DNA of 64,000 bases from Candidatus Iainarchaeum sp. (GTDB lineage Archaea > Iainarchaeota > Iainarchaeia > Iainarchaeales > Iainarchaeaceae): the NCBI GenBank assembly GCA_038895675.1, contig JAWANB010000001.1, positions 31,443-95,442 on the forward strand, in the 5' to 3' direction. Numbering within the stretch: position 1 is the stretch's first letter; the number at the start of each line of letters is the position of its first letter. A program made the position numbers and the translations under genes. The notes beneath the pieces were generated by a model. That model saw nothing but the letters and a program-made list of their open reading frames with translations. It was not told the origin of the DNA and made no database searches. Positions 1 to 6,889 of this stretch are shown piece by piece.

Positions 1-301
1 CTTTTGGCATGCAATTCATTTCTATTACTGTCACAAGCTCATTTCCATAATCCATCATTTCAATTAAAGGTTTATTTTTTCTTTGAGAATTACTTAACTT
101 TTCTCCTACTACTCCATACTCAAGTATTTTGACTTCTCCAGTACGAGTAAATTTTACTGAAAAACCAATTTTGATAGGTTTTGACAAGTCAATGCCTTTT
201 AAATCAGTTGAGTCAAGCATGTCAGCCAGCAACTCTTCCAAAGCCTCAAAATCAATTTTTGCATCTTCATTACTTCTTTTTATCCAAACTGACATAACCA
301 T
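1..301 (-). CDS. Partial CDS running off the left edge; hypothetical protein. Its start overlaps the 3' end of rnhB in another frame.
   Basis: The minus-strand frame is open from Met codons at 293-301 down to nt 2 with no stop. Translation is ...MSVWIKRSNEDAKIDFEALEELLADMLDSTDLKGIDLSKPIKIGFSVKFTRTGEVKILEYGVVGEKLSNSQRKNKPLIEMMDYGNELVTV.... It is missing from the ORF track because it is truncated by the window edge. Confidence 0.35.
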   Translation of the reverse strand, partial: MVMSVWIKRSNEDAKIDFEALEELLADMLDSTDLKGIDLSKPIKIGFSVKFTRTGEVKILEYGVVGEKLSNSQRKNKPLIEMMDYGNELVTVIEMNCMPK

Positions 302-950
302 CCCAAATTTTTTTTTGAAATTTGTTTTCTTGCAGGAACTTTGAAGTTTGCCAAGACTTTCTAACAAAGTCAGGGAAATGATTATTCTTTAACAAATAAT
401 CATTTAAAAACTTAATCGTGATTTCATCATGACTATATCCAGAACCAAGGTCTCCAAATTTTTCAGAAATTTTTTTAATCTCCAAGTCTCTTTTAACTTT
501 TGCTATTATAGAAGCGGCTGAAACTATTGGATAATTTTTATCAGCTTTATGTTCTGAAACAATTTTGATATTGAATGGCAAATACTTTTTTATTCTTTTA
601 GCAAAATTGTCCATCACAACGTCAGGACTGTCAACATATACTATGCTTGGATTTTTACTGAGTTGAGAAATTAGTTTTGCAGCTTTCAACGCTTCTAACT
701 CATTCAACTTATTTTTTTCTACAAATTCATCTATTTCGCTCGGAGATACTATGATGAAGTTGTATTCCAACAAGTTTTTTTCAAGTATTGAATAAATTTT
801 TTCCCTTTCAATAGGCGTAAGCAACTTAGAATCTTTTACTCCAATTTCCAACAATTTATCTTCGTCTTTTTTTTCTATTACAGCAATTGCTAAAACCATT
901 GGCCCTATTACTGGCCCTCTTCCTGCTTCATCTATGCCTGCTATCAACAT
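270..950 (-). CDS. rnhB: Ribonuclease HII.
   Basis: N-terminal MLIAGIDEAGRGPVIGPMVLA is the canonical RNase HII catalytic motif (DEAGRG). The length is about 226 aa. The track ORF begins 7 codons earlier at 971; the conserved start is Met-8. Confidence 0.9.
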   Translation of the reverse strand: MLIAGIDEAGRGPVIGPMVLAIAVIEKKDEDKLLEIGVKDSKLLTPIEREKIYSILEKNLLEYNFIIVSPSEIDEFVEKNKLNELEALKAAKLISQLSKNPSIVYVDSPDVVMDNFAKRIKKYLPFNIKIVSEHKADKNYPIVSAASIIAKVKRDLEIKKISEKFGDLGSGYSHDEITIKFLNDYLLKNNHFPDFVRKSWQTSKFLQENKFQKKIWDGYVSLDKKK

Positions 951-989
951 AATATAAAGTAATAACAACAAGAAATAATAATAAGATTA

Positions 990-1472
990 TTAGTTTTGTT
1001 GTGATTTATTTTCAAGCGAAGTGCCAAAATACTCTTTAAATTTAGGTGTAGTAGTCAAAATAAAAGTTGTACCCTTTTTTTCTCTTTTAATAAAACCTTT
1101 TTCAAGCAAAGTAGAAATGTGGTCATAAGCCTTGTTATTTCTAAAATGAATTACTTCCGATTGCTTTACTGGTTGCTTATAAGCAATAAAAGCCAAAGTT
1201 TTTAACATTCCTTTATGCATTTCAGGTGCTGCTGCCAAATGGCTAACAAAATTCTCATAAAAAGGCTTGACAGCCATTTTTGCTCCTTCCTGGTTGTGTC
1301 TTATTTCAAGAGCTGTTTCTTTTGCATCATACTCATGAATAAGTTCGTTCAAAATTATTCTCGTTTCTGATATAGGCAGTGAAACTAACTTTGATAATTC
1401 TTCAATAGTCAAATAGTTTGGCGTAATAAACAAAGCAGCTTCAACAATCTTTTTTGCTTCCCTTTTATCCAT
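990..1472 (-). CDS. scpB: Segregation and condensation protein B (ScpB-like, winged helix).
   Basis: 160 aa. It starts MDKREAKKIVEAALFITPNYLTIEELSKL and has the second wHTH region KQPVKQSEVIHFRNNKAYDHISTLLEKGFI, which is typical ScpB architecture. Confidence 0.7.
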   Translation of the reverse strand: MDKREAKKIVEAALFITPNYLTIEELSKLVSLPISETRIILNELIHEYDAKETALEIRHNQEGAKMAVKPFYENFVSHLAAAPEMHKGMLKTLAFIAYKQPVKQSEVIHFRNNKAYDHISTLLEKGFIKREKKGTTFILTTTPKFKEYFGTSLENKSQQN

Positions 1473-1498
1473 AATCCAAAAACAAAAATGAAAAGAAA

Positions 1499-1906
1499 TT
1501 AAAACTCTTCTTTAAACTTTTGAAAATAACGCAAAGTCTCAGCCTTGACATTCTTATTGCAAACATGGTCATGGTGCCTGAAACCACCGCCAAAAGTCTT
1601 TGGAATATGCATTAACTCATGAACAATAGTTTCTATTTTTTCATTTTCACTTTGCTTGTCAAAGTTTTCTGAAATGAGTTCAATAACATAAAAGCTTTTT
1701 TGTTGATTCATACCTAACATTAAAACTTTGTTAATACAATGTATTCTCGCTATTGTTCTTCTTGCTTTGGAACCATAAGATCTAACTACTGAAAGTCTTT
1801 CAGGAATAATCCAATTATAATTGAGTTTTTCTGCAATTTCTTTTGCCTTTTCAGTCCATTGCTTGTCAAAAAAATACTTCATAAAAATCCAAAACACATG
1901 AAACAT
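1499..1906 (-). CDS. SprT/WLM-like zinc metallopeptidase domain protein.
   Basis: HExxH motif (IVHELMHIP) followed by a His/Cys-rich tail (GGGFRHHDHVCNKNV). About 135 aa. Confidence 0.5.
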   Translation of the reverse strand: MFHVFWIFMKYFFDKQWTEKAKEIAEKLNYNWIIPERLSVVRSYGSKARRTIARIHCINKVLMLGMNQQKSFYVIELISENFDKQSENEKIETIVHELMHIPKTFGGGFRHHDHVCNKNVKAETLRYFQKFKEEF

Positions 1907-1935
1907 TTAAATTATGTTCAACAATTAAAACCTTA

Positions 1936-2403
1936 ATGCCAATGAATAGAGGTTATAGAGGTCCAAGGGGAAGACTATTTAATACTCGAAAGCCACATTC
2001 ACAAAGAAAAAGAGAAGCACAAATAATATTAGAAAAATTTAAGAGAGCAATAAAATTGTTTAGTAGAACCCCTAAAAATGAAAATTTGGATATAATCCTA
2101 TTGGATATAATTTCTAAACAAGTATTAAGAAAAGCAAAAATAAACAAAAGAGAGGTGCTTGAATTTTTTGGTCAAAACTTAGCACTTACTTTTAGCATTT
2201 TAAATTCAATCAAGGCAAAGAAAAAAGAATTTACTCAGGGCCAAAACGAATTCTTAACTACTATGAAAAATGAAATCACTAACAGCAATTTAAGATTTTT
2301 TAAGGGTTTCTCTGAAACTGAACTAAATAATTTTTTAGTCAATTACTTTCAGTCAGTTTACGATTTAGAACAAGCTATTCAAAGATTAAGACAAGGTAAT
2401 TAA
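1936..2403 (+). CDS. Hypothetical protein with a basic disordered N-terminus.
   Basis: 155-aa ORF with an Arg/Lys-rich N-terminus (RGYRGPRGRLFNTRKPHSQRKRE). No recognisable domain. It is 2 nt upstream of the next gene. Confidence 0.4.
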   Translation: MPMNRGYRGPRGRLFNTRKPHSQRKREAQIILEKFKRAIKLFSRTPKNENLDIILLDIISKQVLRKAKINKREVLEFFGQNLALTFSILNSIKAKKKEFTQGQNEFLTTMKNEITNSNLRFFKGFSETELNNFLVNYFQSVYDLEQAIQRLRQGN

Positions 2404-2405
2404 AA

Positions 2406-2924
2406 ATGAAATTCAAACCATTATATTACATAGTTGTTGCATCAACCATCGATGGCTTTATTTCTTTTGATGAAGACTCTTTGCCTGATTGGACAAGCAA
2501 AGAAGACAAAAAGCACTTAAAGAAAATGGAAAACAAGGCTGACGTTTTACTCTTCTCAAGAAAAACCTACGAGCTTGCAAAAAAATTTGTTAAAAAAAAG
2601 AAGTGCATTGTTTTGACTTCTAAAGTCAAAAACTTTTTTGAAGAAAACAAATTTTTGACTTGGCTAAACCCAAAAGAGGCAAGTTTAGAGTCTTATGTTT
2701 CTTCTAAAGGTTATAAAAAAATTTGTGTTTTAGGAGGTCGAGGCGCTTACGACTTTGCAATTAAAAAAAACTTAGTTAAAGAAATTTATTTGACCATTGA
2801 ACCAATAATATTGGGCAAAGGAATAAGCATGTTTTCAACCTGCTTTAAAAAAAAATTCAAGTTAGTTTCCGTAAAAAAGTTGAATAACAAAGGTAGTATT
2901 TTATTGCACTATTCAAAATTATAA
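2406..2924 (+). CDS. Dihydrofolate reductase-like / RibD C-terminal domain family reductase.
   Basis: YYIVVASTIDGFISFDEDSLPDWTSKEDKKH...VLGGRGAYDFAIKKNLVKEIYLTIEPIILGKG matches the RibD_C/DHFR-like fold pattern. Confidence 0.5.
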   Translation: MKFKPLYYIVVASTIDGFISFDEDSLPDWTSKEDKKHLKKMENKADVLLFSRKTYELAKKFVKKKKCIVLTSKVKNFFEENKFLTWLNPKEASLESYVSSKGYKKICVLGGRGAYDFAIKKNLVKEIYLTIEPIILGKGISMFSTCFKKKFKLVSVKKLNNKGSILLHYSKL

Positions 2925-2929
2925 AAAGA

Positions 2930-3691
2930 TTATAAGCATCCAGCTGCTGCAAAGTCACGCGCTAGCACATTATAATTGTATTCAATATACCCCGTATTAC
3001 CAAAAGTTATTGTAAGCTTTAATTCACCAGGCCTATCACCTAAGAATATGAAAGGTGCAGAAGTTCTTGCAAGGTCTTTTTGGTATATTGAAGCAGTTTT
3101 ACCAGCTTTGGCTGAAAACTTGTAAGCGTTGTTAGTGCTTAAAGTATCAGTAGTATCTAATATTTGGGCTTTTATTGTGACAGGCTTTAAGTAACTGAAA
3201 TCAGTTTGACCAGTATTCTTAAAGTGTATTATTTTTATTCCAAGACCTCTTTTTCCTTCAAACTCTGGCGGACAAAAGAAAACTACTTCTTCTACTTTAA
3301 TATTATCTAACTTTGGTATTTTAGGTTCTTCAATTGGCTTTTGTTCACATTTACAAGATTTGCATACTTTATCATTACCGCAATCAGCATCAACTTCACA
3401 TTCTTCGTTAGCTTCTTTTACTTTATTCCCACACACTGGTGCTAATTCAACTTGAACCTTTTCTTCTGTATTTTCTGTAATTTCCTCACTACTAGTTTCA
3501 TTATTGCTAGTTTCACTATTGTTATTAACTACTTGAGCTTCATATATTGGTACAACTTGTTTATTTTCAACTACTTTATCATTAGTAAAAAATATTAAAA
3601 AACCAGTTATTGCAAGCACTCCCAAAAAAGCAAATACTAACAAAACTAACAATAAAGTTAATCCTATCAAAACAAGTTTGTCTCTATCCAT
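2930..3691 (-). CDS. Hypothetical membrane-anchored secreted protein with an acidic low-complexity segment and a Cys-rich module.
   Basis: N-terminal TM helix (LVLIGLTLLLVLLVFAFLGVLAITGFLIFF). Acidic Ser/Thr/Glu-rich linker. The Cys-rich block is CGNKVKEANEECEVDADCGNDKVCKSCKCE. Confidence 0.45.
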   Translation of the reverse strand: MDRDKLVLIGLTLLLVLLVFAFLGVLAITGFLIFFTNDKVVENKQVVPIYEAQVVNNNSETSNNETSSEEITENTEEKVQVELAPVCGNKVKEANEECEVDADCGNDKVCKSCKCEQKPIEEPKIPKLDNIKVEEVVFFCPPEFEGKRGLGIKIIHFKNTGQTDFSYLKPVTIKAQILDTTDTLSTNNAYKFSAKAGKTASIYQKDLARTSAPFIFLGDRPGELKLTITFGNTGYIEYNYNVLARDFAAAGCL

Positions 3692-3888
3692 GCTACTTAA
3701 AATTTACTTTGACTAAATATTTAAGGCTTTTTGTTTGTAAGGCTCTTTAAACTTCTTTTGTTTTTGACTTCAAAGTCTCTTTTAAGTCTTTTGTTTGTTT
3801 AAGCTCGCACCATACTCGTTTTAAAAGTCATTTTTAGGCTTTTAATTTTGCCATATTTTGTCATGCAAAAATTGCTTTTGTTCTAGTG

Positions 3889-4584
3889 TTAGCCGTATTT
3901 TTCAGTCTTTATCATTTCTTTAGGCACATTATTTTCAATTAATATTTTTTCAGTGTCTAAAACCATTGCTGGCGGGCCACATATAAAGTAATAACTTTCC
4001 TTGTTTTCTTCTACTATTTTTTTGATTAGTTTTGAATCTATTCTACCAAAGTAATACCCTTTCCTTTCTTCTCTACTCAGACAATACACTAATTTTATTC
4101 CTTTTATTTTTTTAGCAAATTCATCAAAATCATTTTTACAAATAATATCTTGCTCTGTTTTGTTCGAATAATACAAACTCACTTGAGTATCCAAGTTCTT
4201 GTCTAAAACGTATTGACAAAAACACCTAAAAGGTGCTATTCCAGAACCTGCAGCTAACAAAACTATTTTTTTCATTTTTTCAGGCTCAAACACAAAATGT
4301 CCCCAAGGACCATCCAACAAAAATTCTTCACCTAAAGGTGCAGTAGTCAATAGCTTTGACACATAACCTTCAGGCATTTGCTTTATCGTGAACTCTAAAA
4401 TACCTTTCCTTTCAGGAGAACTAGAACAAGAGTAAGACCTCTTTGGTATTTTTTCTTTTCTCAAGAATTCTATCATAAAAAATTGACCAGGCTTAAAATC
4501 AGGCCTTTCAGGACATTCAAAGGTTAAAGTGTAAGAGTCATGAGTCTCTTGTTTTACTTTCAAAAGCTTAGCCTTAAATTTCAT
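3889..4584 (-). CDS. FAD/NAD(P)-binding oxidoreductase, ferredoxin-NADP reductase-like (PyrK/HydG-like lacking a C-terminal Fe-S domain).
   Basis: FNR-like beta-barrel plus Rossmann fold. Motifs: RSYSCSS (the RxYS FAD motif), LLAAGSGIAPF (the GxGxxP NAD motif) and a C-terminal FICGPPAM. Confidence 0.65.
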   Translation of the reverse strand: MKFKAKLLKVKQETHDSYTLTFECPERPDFKPGQFFMIEFLRKEKIPKRSYSCSSSPERKGILEFTIKQMPEGYVSKLLTTAPLGEEFLLDGPWGHFVFEPEKMKKIVLLAAGSGIAPFRCFCQYVLDKNLDTQVSLYYSNKTEQDIICKNDFDEFAKKIKGIKLVYCLSREERKGYYFGRIDSKLIKKIVEENKESYYFICGPPAMVLDTEKILIENNVPKEMIKTEKYG

Positions 4585-4715
4585 GCAAAAGAAAAAAGTT
4601 AGACCTCTTTTTAATTTTATTTGTTAGCATTTAATTTTGAATTTTAACACGAGTTAATCGTTTTTAATAAGTATTATTATCCAATATTTATTTGGGATAA
4701 AAAGGAGGGAAAATT

Positions 4716-5321
4716 ATGCCATTTGCTTTACCAAAACTAAACTATGATTTTAATGCACTTGAACCATACATAGACGAACAAACAATGAGAATTCATTATG
4801 GAAAACACCATCAAGCTTACATTGACAAATTAAATGCCGCAATACTAAACACCAAATTTGAAAAAATGCCAATAGAAGACATACTAAAAGACTTAGAAAA
4901 AGTTCCTGCTGAAATAAGACAAACAATAAGAAACAATGGAGGAGGACACTACAACCATTCTCTCTTTTGGGAACTAATGAGTCCAAAAGGAGGAAAACTA
5001 ACTTCAACAATACAAAAAGCATTAGAGAACACTTTTGGCTCTTTCGAGTCCTTCAAAGAAAAATTCAAAAACGCAGGCCTAAATCAATTTGGATCAGGTT
5101 GGGCTTGGTTAGTAGTTTCAGACAAAAAACTTGAAATAATATCAACTCCAAATCAAGATAATCCTATTTCACAAAACAAAACACCAATATTAGGCGTTGA
5201 CGTTTGGGAACACGCATACTACCTAAAGTACCAAAACAGAAGAGCAGATTACTTAGAACAATTTTTCAACGTCATTAACTGGGAAAAAGTTGAAGAACTT
5301 TATAAAAAAGCACTCAAATAG
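4716..5321 (+). CDS. sodA: Fe/Mn superoxide dismutase.
   Basis: LPKLNYDFNALEPYIDEQTMRIHYGKHHQAYIDKLN...DVWEHAYYLKYQNRRADYL are classic Fe/Mn-SOD signatures. A strong RBS, AAGGAGGG, lies 8 nt upstream of the ATG. Confidence 0.95.
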   Translation: MPFALPKLNYDFNALEPYIDEQTMRIHYGKHHQAYIDKLNAAILNTKFEKMPIEDILKDLEKVPAEIRQTIRNNGGGHYNHSLFWELMSPKGGKLTSTIQKALENTFGSFESFKEKFKNAGLNQFGSGWAWLVVSDKKLEIISTPNQDNPISQNKTPILGVDVWEHAYYLKYQNRRADYLEQFFNVINWEKVEELYKKALK

Positions 5322-5370
5322 ATACCAAGATAAAAACCGCGCCTGAAATCCTCGAGCAACAGCAAATACT

Positions 5371-5411
5371 CAAACCAATTTTCCTCCTTTTAAAACATAT
5401 TCTTGGAACAT
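5371..5411 (-). repeat. Exact 41-nt copy of an internal coding segment of the gene at 5804..6754 (the segment at 6372..6412).
   Basis: On the minus strand this reads ATGTTCCAAGAATATGTTTTAAAAGGAGGAAAATTGGTTTG, encoding MFQEYVLKGGKLV and identical to codons 114-126 of the 316-aa gene. Here it sits in an intergenic position and runs into a TGA stop. Confidence 0.8.
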
Positions 5412-5446
5412 TTAAAGAATACAAAGACGCAAAAAAACCAGAAAAA

Positions 5447-5713
5447 TTGTATAAAACGTTCAAAATACAAGTCTTTGCAGAAAGCCTTTTAGTAAAAGAA
5501 TTGTTCAAATATTCTGTTCCATATGCGTTCATCAAATTCGAGCAGACAGGAGACCTTGTCAAAGTGAAAATCAAAGAAGAAGAATTATTGCAAGTAAGAG
5601 AAACAATTCAAAAAATAAATCAAATAATTCAAATAGAAATAATGCCAGACCCAACACCATTTATAAGGCGATGCAAAGATTGTGGTTATTTTAAGATTTG
5701 CAGAAGGGCATAA
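5447..5713 (+). pseudogene. Remnant ORF whose C-terminus has a Cas4/RecB-family nuclease-type CX2CX5C motif. Likely a degraded gene fragment.
   Basis: The frame is open from 5393 with no ATG, and the track uses a TTG start. The C-terminus is ...IMPDPTPFIRRCKDCGYFKICRRA. The C-x2-C-x5-C spacing is the Fe-S cluster motif that ends Cas4 and DUF83 nucleases. There is no room upstream for a nuclease core, because sodA ends 70 nt away. Confidence 0.3.
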
Positions 5714-5739
5714 ATTTGAAAGGAAAACTTTTGATTCTT

Positions 5740-5769
5740 ATGACTACGTTGGTTAGTCATGACTTTTTG
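5740..5769 (+). terminator. Hairpin followed by an oligo-T run.
   Basis: ATGACTA cgttggt TAGTCAT is a 7-bp perfect stem with a 7-nt loop, followed by GACTTTTTG. It lies just 3' of the 5447..5713 frame on the plus strand. Confidence 0.4.
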
Positions 5770-5803
5770 AAAAAAATAGTATAACTATTAAAAATTAAAG
5801 AAA

Positions 5804-6754
5804 TTATTTGTAAAGCATTCCATAATAAAGATTTTCAATTATGCCCCAATAAGTCTGTCTTTTTCCAGTTTCAGCATCAATAGGCATTTTATCACTAACT
5901 AAGTACTCTGGCGGGAAAGCATAATAAGCTACTCTGCCTCCAACTCCTGAAGTCACTATTATTGGAAAACTCTTTCCAAAATTTTGAGTTTTGCTTTCAA
6001 GCCAAGCATGATCTGCCTTTCCAACAAGATTAAAACCATAGTCAAGGTAAGCAGAAGACTTTTGATAAGCTAATTCATTTAAATTAACAATCGAAAAATC
6101 ACCATAAAGAGGCAATTTTTGGCTTAAACCATACGAAAGCTTATCACCAGAATCAACAAAATTTATATATCCTGCCAAGTCATTGCCTTTACATTCAGTT
6201 AATTCACACCTATTAGCAATAAATTGCACACCAAGTGTATAATCAAACGAAATTTGTTTTTCTCCTTCTTTTCTCGCCCAAGGCCCCAAATAAGCATCCT
6301 TTCCACCTTTTTTTCTTTCCGACTCAAGCAAAAGCTCTTCTTCTTTAGCAATAGTACCAGCATCACCTATCCAAACCAATTTTCCTCCTTTTAAAACATA
6401 TTCTTGGAACATGATCAACTCATCAACACTAATCTCTTTTGCTCTTTCTACTATGACTAATTGATACTCTTGCAACAAGGGCAAAGAAACAGATTCCAAG
6501 TCAATTAACTTGACCCTTGCAGAAATTCTCGGAGAACGCAAAACCTCGGCTAAAAAAAATGGATTTCCTAGACCTTCATCACCATACACTATTAACACTT
6601 TAGGTTTGCCACCTGCAACTATACTATAATAAACATCACAACCAAGCTCACTATAAAAACTACATGGCACTATGTTAAAATAAACGAGAGAAACACCAAG
6701 AACAATTAATAGTATTACCAAAACTACTAATTTTACTAACAAATTAGAGTTCAT
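5804..6754 (-). CDS. Membrane-anchored extracytoplasmic protein of a conserved paralogous family (see 59311..60258). Function unknown.
   Basis: N-terminal TM. Blocks shared with the paralogue: GCDVYYSIVAGGKPKVLIVYGDEGLG, YQLVIVERAKEIS...GGKLVWIGDAGT, LGPWARKEG...SFDYTLG, GVGGRVAYYAFP and a C-terminal LYYGMLYK. It is the last gene of the giant surface-protein operon. Confidence 0.6.
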   Translation of the reverse strand: MNSNLLVKLVVLVILLIVLGVSLVYFNIVPCSFYSELGCDVYYSIVAGGKPKVLIVYGDEGLGNPFFLAEVLRSPRISARVKLIDLESVSLPLLQEYQLVIVERAKEISVDELIMFQEYVLKGGKLVWIGDAGTIAKEEELLLESERKKGGKDAYLGPWARKEGEKQISFDYTLGVQFIANRCELTECKGNDLAGYINFVDSGDKLSYGLSQKLPLYGDFSIVNLNELAYQKSSAYLDYGFNLVGKADHAWLESKTQNFGKSFPIIVTSGVGGRVAYYAFPPEYLVSDKMPIDAETGKRQTYWGIIENLYYGMLYK

Positions 6755-6889
6755 ACTAAAACAACAGATTTAGACAATTAAAGCTTTTCTAATGTCGATA
6801 AGATTTGGAATCGTTGACAATTTTTAGCATAATTAGAGTGGTTGCAAATAATGTTTATTGATAATATGCTTAAAAAGTTCTAATTTCTT

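Noticed and set aside
129-344. 71-aa plus-strand ORF at the window start.
   Set aside because: It is antisense to the rnhB 3' end and to the partial minus-strand gene, and has no recognisable features.
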